From Microcoleus sp. (GTDB lineage Bacteria; Cyanobacteriota; Cyanobacteriia; Cyanobacteriales; Microcoleaceae): DNA of 64,000 nt. Shown here piece by piece: positions 30,013-40,293 of this stretch. Location of the stretch: contig CP181291.1 in assembly GCA_052279835.1 (NCBI GenBank), forward strand, positions 1,152,001-1,216,000, written 5' to 3'. The position numbers and the translations under genes were made by a program. The notes below the pieces were generated by a model, which saw only the letters and a program-made list of their open reading frames with translations, did no database searches and was not told where the DNA came from. Within the stretch, counting starts at the first letter, position 1. Every line of letters begins with the position of its first letter.

Positions 30013-30285
30013 ATATCAATTCCGGTTGCACCGGAATGATTGTTGACTGTTGACTGTTGACTGTTAACTGTTAACTGTTGACTCGATTTTACGCCCGACG
30101 ATACTAATACCAATTTCTTATGAGGCTGCATAGAGTCTGAACCTCGTAACCAAGGGCGGGCACGGGGGCACCGCCCCTACATTCGGGGGGCACAAGATTA
30201 TTCTCAAAGTCCCCCTTCTTAAGGGGGATTTAGGGGGATCGAGATATCTGCAACTTCCCATTAAATTGGTATAACGGATTTGATG
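30013..30285. mobile_element. Nested non-autonomous repeat elements (MITE within MITE, with heptamer, REP-like and CCCCCTT..AAGGGGG inserts)
   Basis: Outer ends ATATCAATTCC/GGATTTGAT; inner ends ATACCAATT/AATTGGTAT; (GTTGACT)n; GGGCGG..CCGCCCCTAC; CCCCCTTCTTAAGGGGG. Confidence 0.6.
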
Positions 30286-32682
30286 TTAAGGAGATACAGC
30301 CACTGCGGTAATTGTTATATTATAGCGCGATGTGATTTCTTGCGGCAGAAAATCGGTATCTTTTGCACCGGGAATCTTGGCTAGATAACAATCACGAACT
30401 GCAAACATAAAACCTTTAATTGCCTCTGGCGCATTCTGAGAGTCTGCATCTTTTAGAAAATCGCGCCACTTACTTTCATCTTTACCATAAGTCTCTACTA
30501 AATGCAGGCCTGCTAAATACTCGGCTACGGGGTCAAGTACAAAGCGGACATTCTCTTCGCTGGGAAGATTCGTTTGCAGAAGGTGGAGTTTGTCTTCGAG
30601 ATAGTTGAGGCGTTGCTCTGCATTTTGTGAATTTAAGACAGATAACGCATTGATGGCATCTTTAATCTTCGTGCTAGCGGGTCGATAAGTGAGTTTCAGG
30701 CATTCCCAAGCCAGCAATTGAGCATCTTCGTACACGGTACGATTTGTCAATTTATTCTCTGCCACATCCCGGTTGAGTTCCTTCAGGTATGCCAGCATCA
30801 AATCTGGTATATTTTGAGGTAGTTTTTCATCTTTAATTCCTTCCATTTTAGCGATTAACACATCTGCGTACAGTTTGGCAAATAATACAGTTGTACTTCT
30901 TCCTTGAATTCTGATTTCTTCTAAAAGTTTAGCCAAATCGCCGCAGACATAATGAAATTGTGAACCGTTGAAAAGATGCAGTTTCCCTAGCTTATCCAAG
31001 TATTTTTCCATAAAAGCTGATAGCTCAGAACCTTCTATTCGCAGCGGGTGAATCGTTGTTTTGGGGACGTTACGCATTGTTGAATCTAGTCGCGAAGTCA
31101 CAACCAAAGCATTGACGGGAAAATCGGGAGAATTAGGGTTGATTTCCTTTTGAGTTGTTTCTGCCATTTCGGAAAAATGGTCGGTAATTACCAGGATGCG
31201 GCGCTGTTGCAGCAAGTGTTGCAGCAGTTCTGGCTCAATGGAGGTAGGATGGTTGCTGATAGATTTTAGCTGACCGCTTATGGCTTCCAAGAACGGATGT
31301 TTGGCTGCGAGAGATTGACTTTCTAGTTCTTCGATCAGAATTGGAATCATCAGGTGTTTGCAGAGGCGTTTGCTTTTATCTGCTGCCATTGCCCTATCTG
31401 CAATTTGACAAGCGATGCTAGTTTTTCCGATGCCGCCTTCACCCCAGATGAGCAGGCAGATTCGCTTTTTGGTGAAAATTGATTGCAAATCTTCGCCCCT
31501 GAGTTCAGGTACTTTTTTGTCGTCTAATTCAAAAGCAACTGGGATGTAAGTAGCGCGGCTTTTGACTGTTTTGTTTTTGGAAAATTGTTCGCGGACTGTT
31601 TTGATGTGGGCTGAAACCCAGGCATCTAGGACTCTGGGACGGTAAAGAAAACAACTGAAAAAGGTAAGGTCGCGAGTTCGCACTGGAGCACCGCCCAATG
31701 TTTCAGGTAATTTGAATTCGTAGGGTTTGAGTGCATCGTTGATTCGCAGCAGCCATAAGGGACGCAGCCGCAGGATTGCCAACCAAAGGGAGGGGAAGAA
31801 GATTAGGTAAATTATTGTTGCTGCTACCCATTTATTCTGGCTAATTAAATAGAATAAGCGGGCGTTTTGTTCGGCTTTGAGAACATTGATGTATACGCGG
31901 AGATTTGCGATATCTGTTTTTGAATATGAAGAGGAAAAATATAACTTATTACGACGTTCAGGCTTAGGACGTTCGGGCTTAGACTGTTCCAACATTTTTA
32001 AGGCTGATTCTAGGTTTGATACAGCCTGATTTAAATCCGGTGAAGTGAGCGTCTTTGCTTTTTCTTGAAGGCTAAGAGCAATTCTCACTAAGGCATAGGT
32101 GGCATTGGTATCTGAGTCTTTAAGTACGGAAACTAGCTGTGGCACAGCAGTTTTTGCTTCTGCACCGATATTCCCCAAAGTAGAGGCTGCACTGCTACGC
32201 ACATCTGCATCGGAGTCTTTAAGCAGGGGAATTAGCTGCGGCACAGCAGCTTTAGCTTCTGATAACAGTAAAGAATTCCAGTTATAGCTGCTAACTTTTT
32301 TTAGTAAAGCAGCAGCACGACGACGTACCCGCACATCTGAGTCTTTCGAGACTTTGACAAGGGCAGGAATAGCAGGGCGACCAATTTGTCGCAGAACTTC
32401 GATCGCACTCTGGCGGACTAGCAAATTCTTATCCCGCAAAGCTTCAATCAAAGCGGGGATGGCAGGTTCACCTATTTTTTTTAAGTTCTCAATAGCTGCA
32501 TCAAGTTCCTTTTCATCGTTGCTTTTGAACTTCTCAATGAGGGAGGCAATCTCTTTGGGATTAGCCTTGGATGCGCTCAAATTTTCAGCCGCAGCATTGC
32601 GAGTCAACAGCAAAGGGGATGTGAAAGATAGAAACGAGAGGGCAATTACGGCAACTAATCTTTGTCGGTAGTGCTTTGTCAT
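30286..32682 (-). CDS. Signal peptide + HEAT repeats + TM + NACHT/STAND-like NTPase
   Basis: HEAT repeats (AVPQLIPLLKDSDADVRSSAASTLG), TM (WVAATIIYLIFFPSLWLAIL), Walker A GEGGIGKTS, degenerate Walker B ILVITDHFSE. Confidence 0.8.
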   Translation of the reverse strand: MTKHYRQRLVAVIALSFLSFTSPLLLTRNAAAENLSASKANPKEIASLIEKFKSNDEKELDAAIENLKKIGEPAIPALIEALRDKNLLVRQSAIEVLRQIGRPAIPALVKVSKDSDVRVRRRAAALLKKVSSYNWNSLLLSEAKAAVPQLIPLLKDSDADVRSSAASTLGNIGAEAKTAVPQLVSVLKDSDTNATYALVRIALSLQEKAKTLTSPDLNQAVSNLESALKMLEQSKPERPKPERRNKLYFSSSYSKTDIANLRVYINVLKAEQNARLFYLISQNKWVAATIIYLIFFPSLWLAILRLRPLWLLRINDALKPYEFKLPETLGGAPVRTRDLTFFSCFLYRPRVLDAWVSAHIKTVREQFSKNKTVKSRATYIPVAFELDDKKVPELRGEDLQSIFTKKRICLLIWGEGGIGKTSIACQIADRAMAADKSKRLCKHLMIPILIEELESQSLAAKHPFLEAISGQLKSISNHPTSIEPELLQHLLQQRRILVITDHFSEMAETTQKEINPNSPDFPVNALVVTSRLDSTMRNVPKTTIHPLRIEGSELSAFMEKYLDKLGKLHLFNGSQFHYVCGDLAKLLEEIRIQGRSTTVLFAKLYADVLIAKMEGIKDEKLPQNIPDLMLAYLKELNRDVAENKLTNRTVYEDAQLLAWECLKLTYRPASTKIKDAINALSVLNSQNAEQRLNYLEDKLHLLQTNLPSEENVRFVLDPVAEYLAGLHLVETYGKDESKWRDFLKDADSQNAPEAIKGFMFAVRDCYLAKIPGAKDTDFLPQEITSRYNITITAVAVSP

Positions 32683-32779
32683 GGGCCAGAATCCTTGTAT
32701 TTGATGAGCCGTCTCAGCCATTTGAATAATTGTATCTACATTCTCATCAAATTGGTTTCCAGAGTCCCGGGCAATCTAA

Positions 32780-32925
32780 ATACGAATTTAATGTGAAGTT
32801 GCACATATTTCGATCCCCCTAAATCCCCCTTAAGAAGGGGGACTTTGATCGGAATCTTGTCCCCCCCTTATTAAGGGGGGCTAGGGGGGATCGGATTCTA
32901 TGCAGCTTCATAAAAAATTGGTATA
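32780..32925. mobile_element. MITE-like element (..AATTGGTAT end) containing CCCCCTTAAGAAGGGGG palindromes
   Basis: Same ends and core as 30106-30272 and 59385-59489. Confidence 0.6.
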
Positions 32926-33165
32926 ACTCTTGCTGGGAATTTGAATATATGAATCCGGCATTTCATGCTGCTGGTGAATAGCAAAGAAACGGCGCTCAAT
33001 TTCTTTGAGAACCGCTGCATCATAATAAATCATGCCACAATCCAGACAAATCTCAACAGGCGTATTAGGAACTAGCAAGTATTTACCTTGATAACTATAA
33101 AGGTAATTGACTCTACGTTCCTCATAGCGGTTGCTACCGCAGGTATTGCATTGAATTTCTCGCAT
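32908..33165 (-). CDS. YgiT-type zinc finger protein (MqsA N-terminal-like)
   Basis: CxxC..CxxCG with LLVPNTP..C..CG..YY. Confidence 0.8.
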   Translation of the reverse strand: MREIQCNTCGSNRYEERRVNYLYSYQGKYLLVPNTPVEICLDCGMIYYDAAVLKEIERRFFAIHQQHEMPDSYIQIPSKSYTNFL

Positions 33166-33177
33166 GGGTTTATATTT

Positions 33178-33429
33178 TCATTTGCCCGCTTCCACCAATA
33201 GCGGTTCGATTCGCTCGTGACTAACCAGTCGGTGGGCATAAACTAGACAAGCCTGAATATCTTCTTTTTCTAGCCAGGAATAGCCTTCGAGAATCGTTTC
33301 AGGAGTGTCGCCAGCCGCTAACATTCCTAGAATGTGCTCAACTGCCAGACGGCGACCCCGAATAATCGGCTTTCCGTTAAATATTTGGGAATTTACCGTG
33401 ATTCGTTCTAAGAGTTTTTGAGCATCCAT
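33178..33429 (-). CDS. DUF433 domain protein (antitoxin-like)
   Basis: RIT..I..GKPIIRG.R..V..IL..LA.G....IL..Y..L..EDI.A.L.YA. Confidence 0.9.
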   Translation of the reverse strand: MDAQKLLERITVNSQIFNGKPIIRGRRLAVEHILGMLAAGDTPETILEGYSWLEKEDIQACLVYAHRLVSHERIEPLLVEAGK

Positions 33430-33472
33430 AATTTAAGGCATAATTAGATATCTTATATTCTATCATTTGTTT

Positions 33473-34285
33473 ATGAGTTCAGAACCAGTTACCCTCTCAA
33501 AAACCAATCCGGTTTTAGCAGCCCAAGGATTAACTCGTCGCTTTGGCGGTTTAATTGCCGTCAACGACGTATCTTTTACAGTTGAAAAACATGAGATATT
33601 TGGACTAATCGGCCCTAACGGCGCTGGCAAGACCACTCTATTTAATGTAATGACTGGATTGATACCTGCTTCCAGTGGCAATCTGATTTATCAAAATCAA
33701 AATATTTCCCAATTAAAGCCTTATCAAATTGCCAATAAAGGTATTGCCAGAACTTTTCAAAATATCCGGTTGTTTGGGGAACTTTCTGTTAGTGAAAATG
33801 TCGCGATCGCACGACACATCCACAGCCGATCGCACAATCCGGTTTTATCACTGCTAGCGGGCATATTTGCGTTACCAGCAGCGAACGCAATGGAGCGCGA
33901 AACCCGCGAGAAAGCGTTGGAATTGTTGGATTTGGTCGGATTGGGCGATCGGGCGGGCGAACAAGCCAAAAACTTGTCCTACGGCGACCAAAGACGCTTG
34001 GAAATTGCCCGTGCTTTAGCCCTAGAACCGCAAATATTGTTATTAGATGAACCAGCGGCGGGGATGAATCCGAATGAAAAACATAAATTAAGTGAATTTA
34101 TCCGAGAAGTGCGCCAAAAGTTCAATTTAACTGTAATATTGATCGAGCATCACGTACCGCTGGTGATGGGATTGTGCGATCGCATTGCCGTGTTACATTT
34201 TGGTCAGCTAATTGCCTTGGGAGAACCTGCGATTGTCAGGAATGACCCTGGTGTAATTGAGGCTTATTTGGGAGATGAAAAATAG
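33473..34285 (+). CDS. livG: Branched-chain amino acid ABC transporter ATP-binding protein, LivG type
   Basis: [38 protein letters not shown]. Confidence 0.9.
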   Translation: MSSEPVTLSKTNPVLAAQGLTRRFGGLIAVNDVSFTVEKHEIFGLIGPNGAGKTTLFNVMTGLIPASSGNLIYQNQNISQLKPYQIANKGIARTFQNIRLFGELSVSENVAIARHIHSRSHNPVLSLLAGIFALPAANAMERETREKALELLDLVGLGDRAGEQAKNLSYGDQRRLEIARALALEPQILLLDEPAAGMNPNEKHKLSEFIREVRQKFNLTVILIEHHVPLVMGLCDRIAVLHFGQLIALGEPAIVRNDPGVIEAYLGDEK

Positions 34286-34516
34286 AAAATTAAAATTGCG
34301 GCGATTGAAACCAGGCGATTGGAAATCGCGTCTACACAAACAATGTCCGCCTACGCGGACTAAGAGTAATAGTTAGTATTAAATGTATCTCCCAGTCCTC
34401 TTGAGAGGACTTTCGCTATGAGACAGGGAATTCATTCCCTGTCGGACTATCGGACTCACCGACAAACAAACTGCTGGGAAATAGATAGTTTATTATCAAC
34501 AATCAAGTCACAAAAA

Positions 34517-35254
34517 ATGCACGATATTCCACCCAAAACCACCAAAAATATCCTCTTAGAACTCAAGAATCTATCTGTAAATTACGGTGGAATTCAAGCC
34601 TTGCAAAATATTAATCTGACAATTAATTCAGGGGAAGTTGTCAGCCTCATCGGTGCGAATGGTGCCGGCAAAAGTACGACTCTCAGGGCTATTTCCAAAA
34701 TAGTTAATTTGCACCAAGGACAAATTATTTATAACGGGCGCGATATTACCCGCCGTCAAGCCCACGAAGTTGTCAAACTCGGAATCGCCCACAGCCCAGA
34801 AGGGAGGAGGGTTTTGGCGCAGCAAACGGTGTTGACAAACTTAGAATTAGGGGCCTATGTGCGATCGGATACTGCCCAAATCAAAGCAGATTTAGAATAC
34901 CAATTTAAACTATTTCCCAGGTTAGCAGAACGCCGCCATCAACTATCGGGAACCCTCAGCGGTGGGGAACAGCAAATGTTGGCGATCGCCCGCGCCATGA
35001 TGTCGCGTCCGAAACTGCTATTATTAGATGAACCCAGTTTGGGTTTAGCGCCCGCCATAGTCAAAGAAATATTTGCAATAATTCAACATTTGCGCTCCAC
35101 AGGCGTTACAATTCTGTTAGTCGAACAAAACGCCAGTTTAGCATTGCAAATTGCCGATCGAGGTTATGTACTAGAAGCTGGTAACATTACTCTCACAGGC
35201 ATGGCATCAGATTTGCTAAATGACGAGCGAGTTAGGAGGGCATACTTAGGTTGA
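34517..35254 (+). CDS. livF: Branched-chain amino acid ABC transporter ATP-binding protein, LivF type
   Basis: GANGAGKST, PEGRR, LSGGEQQML, LDEPSLGLAP. Confidence 0.92.
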   Translation: MHDIPPKTTKNILLELKNLSVNYGGIQALQNINLTINSGEVVSLIGANGAGKSTTLRAISKIVNLHQGQIIYNGRDITRRQAHEVVKLGIAHSPEGRRVLAQQTVLTNLELGAYVRSDTAQIKADLEYQFKLFPRLAERRHQLSGTLSGGEQQMLAIARAMMSRPKLLLLDEPSLGLAPAIVKEIFAIIQHLRSTGVTILLVEQNASLALQIADRGYVLEAGNITLTGMASDLLNDERVRRAYLG

Positions 35255-36111
35255 CTTGGTTAATTTTAGGAATTTTTACCGCCTTCTTTGAAGCCGTCAA
35301 AGACGTTTTTGGCAAACAAAATCTCAAAAAAAGTGACGAATATGTCGTCGCTTGGTCCCTCTCCTTCTTTTCAGTCGTCACTTTGACTCCCTGGGTGATT
35401 TATACAGGAATTCCGGCATTAAACTCTCAATTTTGGTTCGCCCTATTAATCGGAGGTAGCATCAATGCTGTCACAGCCCTACTCTACATCAAAGCCATCA
35501 AAGTATCAGACTTATCTCTGACAGTACCCCTAGTAGCTTTGACACCGCTATTCATGTTGCTAACTTCACCCTTAATTGTTGGTGAATATCCCAAAGTTTT
35601 TGATTATATTGGCATTTTTTTAATCGTAACAGGCTCTTACTTACTCAATATCAAAGATAAATCCCAGGGATATTTAGCCCCCTTCAAAGCACTGGTAAAA
35701 GAACCAGGACCGAAATTGATGTTAATGGTAGCATTCCTGTGGAGTATTACTTCAAATTTTGACAAAATAGGAGTTAAAAATTCATCCCCGATTTTTTGGA
35801 TATTTTCTATATTTGGAACCATGAGTATCTTGCTACTCCCAATTTTATTGCACAAAACCCCAAATCCCAGCCGCAAAATCCTCAAACAATTACCAATGCT
35901 AGCAGCTATGGGGTTTTTCAATGCTATAGGAGTGCTTTGTCAAATGCAAGCTTTGACATTAACTTTGGTAGTACAAGTGATAGCAATTAAACGTACTAGC
36001 GTGTTAATGGGTGTATTGTTCGGCCACTTTATTTTCAAGGAAAAAGATATTCAACAAAGATTACTAGGCGCATCAATCATGGTTTTGGGAGTTTTCGTTA
36101 TCAGTTTATAG
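35251..36111 (+). CDS. EamA/DMT family transporter
   Basis: About 10 hydrophobic segments in two repeats. Confidence 0.85.
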   Translation: MTWLILGIFTAFFEAVKDVFGKQNLKKSDEYVVAWSLSFFSVVTLTPWVIYTGIPALNSQFWFALLIGGSINAVTALLYIKAIKVSDLSLTVPLVALTPLFMLLTSPLIVGEYPKVFDYIGIFLIVTGSYLLNIKDKSQGYLAPFKALVKEPGPKLMLMVAFLWSITSNFDKIGVKNSSPIFWIFSIFGTMSILLLPILLHKTPNPSRKILKQLPMLAAMGFFNAIGVLCQMQALTLTLVVQVIAIKRTSVLMGVLFGHFIFKEKDIQQRLLGASIMVLGVFVISL

Positions 36112-36277
36112 ATGGAAACCTCGGAAACAGAAAATCATCCATCTCTCTCTTCTCTTCCTCTGCGTACTCTGCGCCCTCTGTGGTTCAATTCTTCTAATCC
36201 AACCGGATTTAAAATAAGTCATGTTATACTAAGAGCGATCGCACCTTTCATTATTTATCAACATAAACTAAAAATTA

Positions 36278-39200
36278 ATGCACAAAATAGCCGCAACACC
36301 AGGAGGCTGGAACCCCCAAGCCGAAGGAGTAATATTCATCCAACAAACCCCCGCACCAATAGTATTTATTAGTGCAGCGGATACAGATATTCAAACCCTC
36401 GCAGCCGCTTCATCAAAACTACCAGCAGAATTCCCAAAACTGCGCGCCGTGAATCTCCTGCAATTGCAGCAACAACTAACCATTGATACCTATGCCGAAG
36501 AAATTTTACAACACGCCCAGGTAATTATTTTAAGGTTGTTAGGAGGGCGTTCCTATTGGTCTTATGGCTTGGAAATACTGCGCGAAACAGCGGAAAAAAC
36601 TCAAGCTAAACTGATTATAATGCCCGGTGACGACAGTCCAGATCCCGATTTAATTAGTCATTCAAATATCTCGCTGTCAGCAGTCAATCAACTGTGGCGC
36701 TACTTCACAGAAGGTGGAGTCCAAAACTTTGTTAATGCCCTAAAGTTTGCGGCAGATACTTGTTTGAAAACTGCTTACAATCCGCCTTTACCTCAAACCG
36801 TTTCCCGCGTTGGAATTTACGAATGGAGTGGAAGTGCGAGGGGGTGTTTTGAAACTTTGCAACCTGATTTAGAAACCCCCCCCTGCCCCCCCCAAGGGGG
36901 GAAAAGAGGGAATTTGACAAGTTCTTGCTTCCCCTTTATAAACGGAGACTGGGTGGCATCTTCGGGTTTGCCAACCCTTCCTAAAGTCGGAATCTTATTT
37001 TATCGCGCTCATTATCTGTCGGGAAATCTTGCACCTATTGATGCACTTTGTCAAGCTTTATCAGAGCGAAATTTAGTACCAGTTCCCGTGTTTGTGTCTT
37101 CTTTGCGAGAACCTGATTTGCAAGTGGAATTACTAGAATATTTCCAACCAAAAGACGCAGAAGCCATTCAATTATTACTAAATACAACAAGTTTTGCAAT
37201 CTCCGGTTTCAACAGTCCCGACTCAGAACAAAATACTTTAAAATTGTTAGATGTTCCAGTCTTGCAAGCAATATTTAGTGGCGGTGGTTTACAACAGTGG
37301 GAAAGTGAATTGCAAGGACTTTCGCCTCGCGATGTGGCGATGAATGTCGCATTACCAGAAGTAGATGGGAAAATTATTACTAGGGCGGTTTCTTTTAAGG
37401 CTGTCCAAACTTGGAATAGCGAATTAGAAACTGATGTTGTGGGTTATGTCGCTGCGGCCGATCGCATTTCATTTGTAGCAGATTTAACTACAAACTGGGT
37501 CAAGCTTAAACAAACTCCCGCCACCAACAGACGCATCGCCATTATTCTCGCCAATTATCCCACCCGCAACGCCAGATTAGCCAACGGTGTCGGCTTGGAT
37601 ACGCCCGCTAGCTGTGTGGAAATCCTGAAAGCTTTGCAGGAAGCTGATTATCAAGTAGATAATATTCCCCACAGCGGCAACGAGTTAATTGAAATGCTCA
37701 CATCCGGCGTGACAAATGACCCAGAAGGACGGGAATTGCGCCCTATAAATCAATATTTAGATTTGGCGGAATATCAAGACTATTTTGCAACTTTACCACA
37801 GCAAGTTCAAGATGGAATTTGTAATAGATGGGGCTTAGCAACGGGAGAAAAAACGGAACTTTTGGCTGCCCATCTGTTTCCCATTCCGGGGATTCAGTTT
37901 GGCAATGTGTTTGTGGGAATTCAACCATCACGGGGATACGAAATTGACCCTAGTTTGAACTATCACGCACCGGATTTAGAACCTACTCATAATTACCTAG
38001 CTTACTATTATTGGTTGCGCCAAAATTTTGGTTCTCAGGCAATTATTCATGCGGGAAAACATGGTAATTTAGAATGGCTTCCCGGTAAAAGTGTGGCTTT
38101 ATCCAGCAATTGTTATCCCGAAGTTGCATTAGGCGCAATGCCGAATTTTTATCCGTTTATTGTCAACGATCCGGGGGAAGGTTCCCAGGCAAAAAGACGA
38201 TCGCAAGCCGTGATAATCGACCACCTCACCCCGCCCATGACTCGCGCCGAACTTTACGGGCCTTTGCAGCAGTTGGAAGCCTTAATCGACGAATATTGCG
38301 AGGCGCAAAGCTTAGATCCGTCTCGATTACCGATGATTCGCGATCGCATTGTCGCCCTCACGAACAAAGAAAACTTAGACAAAGACTTAGGAATACAACT
38401 AAATAAATCAGAATTTACCGAATTTATCACTCGCACCGATGGCTATCTTTGCGAACTCAAAGAATCCCAAATTCGCGACGGATTGCACATTTTCGGACAG
38501 TGCCCCCAAGGGCGACAGTTGAGAGATTTGATCATTGCGATCGCCCGCCATCCTAGCACAGGAAGATCCGGTTTAACCCGCGCCCTAGCCGAAGACTCAG
38601 GCTACGATTTCGACCCCTTAACCACCGCAGGCGATTTAACAGCAGAAGTAGAACAAAAAGCAGCAAAATTAGTAGATGATTTAATTGCAAACATCGGCGT
38701 TAATCCGCATTCATCTGCGGTGGGAAATATCCAAATAGGAAAAGCAACACAACCAGAAATAAACTGGATAAATAACTATCTTTTACCATCACTCCTCCAA
38801 ACAAACCAAGAAATTACTAACCTATTGCGTGGCTTAGATGGGGGCCACATAGCCAGCGGCGCATCCGGCGCACCCACCCGCGGCCGCCCCGATGTATTAC
38901 CCACAGGCCGCAATTTTTACTCCGTAGATATCCGCGCTATTCCCACAGAAACCGCATGGAGAGTTGGGAAAGTTGCAGCCGAAACTTTAATCGAAAGATA
39001 CACCCAAGAAAATGGCGAATATCCGAAAACTTTGGGCTTGTCTGTGTGGGGAACATCCACCATGCGAACCGGAGGAGATGACATTGCAGAAGCTCTAGCA
39101 TTGATCGGAGTTCAGCCAGTTTGGGATGGCCCTTCGCGCCGGGTTGTAGATTTTGAAGTTTTGCCAATTTCAGTTTTGGGACGGCCCAGAGTCGATGTTA

Positions 39201-40240
39201 CTTTGCGAATTTCTGGCTTTTTTCGGGATGCTTTTTTTAATTTAATTGATTTGTTTGATTCGGCGGTAAAAGCTGTGGCAGATTTAGATGAACCAGCCGA
39301 AAGCAATCCTTTAGCGGCACAAGTTAAACAGGAGATTCAGGATTGGGAATCGACAGGTTTGAGTCGGGAAGAGGCTAAATTGCGATCGCAATTTCGCGTC
39401 TTTGGTTCCAAACCGGGTGCCTACGGCGCGGGACTTCAAGGCATAATTGAAGCTCAAAATTGGACAGATGATGTAGATTTAGCAAAAGCTTACATTAATT
39501 GGAGCAGTTACGCCTATACAAGTACCCCCCCTTACCAAGGGGGGGCTAATTCCACTCATACCCCCCCAACCCCCCCTTACCAAGGGGGGGCTAACTCCAA
39601 TTCTTGTCCCCCCCCTTTACAAGGGGGGGCTAGGGGGGGTGAATTTACCGGGGGTGAATGGGGATGTTGTGCACCCGAAGCATTTACCAAACGCCTCACC
39701 CAAATGCAAATAGTTCTGCAAAACCAAGACAACCGCGAACACGACATTTTAGACTCCGACGATTATTATCAATTCCAAGGCGGAATGACGGCGGCAATTC
39801 GCAATTTGCGAGGCAAAAATCCTGAAACTTATTTCGGAGATAATTCAATTCCTGAGAATCCGAAAGTGCGACAACTGCGAGAAGAAATTGCGCGAGTTTA
39901 TCGCAGCAGGGCTGTGAATCCTAAATGGATTGAAGGGGCGATGCGACATGGTTATAAAGGTGCGTTTGAAATTGCAGCAACTGTTGATTTTTTGTTTGCT
40001 TACGATGCTACGGCAAATTGTGTAGAGGATTTTATGTATGAAGGAATCGCTGAGGCTTACATTTTTGACGAAAAAGTGCAGGGATTTATCCAGGAAAATA
40101 ATCCTTGGGCACTGCGAGATATGGCGGAAAGATTGTTAGAAGCTCGTCAGCGGGGGTTGTGGGAGTCTGCCAGCCAGGATATACTGGATAAATTGCGATC
40201 GATCGCCCTGGAAGCTGAAGCCGTCATCGAGTCGAAGTAA
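36278..40240 (+). CDS. cobN: Cobaltochelatase subunit CobN
   Basis: ALPEVDG, HAGKHGNLEWLPGK, PTGRNFY, GRPRVDV, DSDDYYQFQGG, NPKWI motifs. Confidence 0.95.
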   Translation: MHKIAATPGGWNPQAEGVIFIQQTPAPIVFISAADTDIQTLAAASSKLPAEFPKLRAVNLLQLQQQLTIDTYAEEILQHAQVIILRLLGGRSYWSYGLEILRETAEKTQAKLIIMPGDDSPDPDLISHSNISLSAVNQLWRYFTEGGVQNFVNALKFAADTCLKTAYNPPLPQTVSRVGIYEWSGSARGCFETLQPDLETPPCPPQGGKRGNLTSSCFPFINGDWVASSGLPTLPKVGILFYRAHYLSGNLAPIDALCQALSERNLVPVPVFVSSLREPDLQVELLEYFQPKDAEAIQLLLNTTSFAISGFNSPDSEQNTLKLLDVPVLQAIFSGGGLQQWESELQGLSPRDVAMNVALPEVDGKIITRAVSFKAVQTWNSELETDVVGYVAAADRISFVADLTTNWVKLKQTPATNRRIAIILANYPTRNARLANGVGLDTPASCVEILKALQEADYQVDNIPHSGNELIEMLTSGVTNDPEGRELRPINQYLDLAEYQDYFATLPQQVQDGICNRWGLATGEKTELLAAHLFPIPGIQFGNVFVGIQPSRGYEIDPSLNYHAPDLEPTHNYLAYYYWLRQNFGSQAIIHAGKHGNLEWLPGKSVALSSNCYPEVALGAMPNFYPFIVNDPGEGSQAKRRSQAVIIDHLTPPMTRAELYGPLQQLEALIDEYCEAQSLDPSRLPMIRDRIVALTNKENLDKDLGIQLNKSEFTEFITRTDGYLCELKESQIRDGLHIFGQCPQGRQLRDLIIAIARHPSTGRSGLTRALAEDSGYDFDPLTTAGDLTAEVEQKAAKLVDDLIANIGVNPHSSAVGNIQIGKATQPEINWINNYLLPSLLQTNQEITNLLRGLDGGHIASGASGAPTRGRPDVLPTGRNFYSVDIRAIPTETAWRVGKVAAETLIERYTQENGEYPKTLGLSVWGTSTMRTGGDDIAEALALIGVQPVWDGPSRRVVDFEVLPISVLGRPRVDVTLRISGFFRDAFFNLIDLFDSAVKAVADLDEPAESNPLAAQVKQEIQDWESTGLSREEAKLRSQFRVFGSKPGAYGAGLQGIIEAQNWTDDVDLAKAYINWSSYAYTSTPPYQGGANSTHTPPTPPYQGGANSNSCPPPLQGGARGGEFTGGEWGCCAPEAFTKRLTQMQIVLQNQDNREHDILDSDDYYQFQGGMTAAIRNLRGKNPETYFGDNSIPENPKVRQLREEIARVYRSRAVNPKWIEGAMRHGYKGAFEIAATVDFLFAYDATANCVEDFMYEGIAEAYIFDEKVQGFIQENNPWALRDMAERLLEARQRGLWESASQDILDKLRSIALEAEAVIESK

Positions 40241-40293
40241 TTTGTGAAGCGATCGTTACAAATTGAAATAGATTTTCCATACTCTTAAATTGG

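Noticed and set aside
36112..36277. Cobalamin riboswitch upstream of cobN
   Set aside because: The interval is a dispersed (CTCTGyGy)n repeat; no B12-box was recognised.
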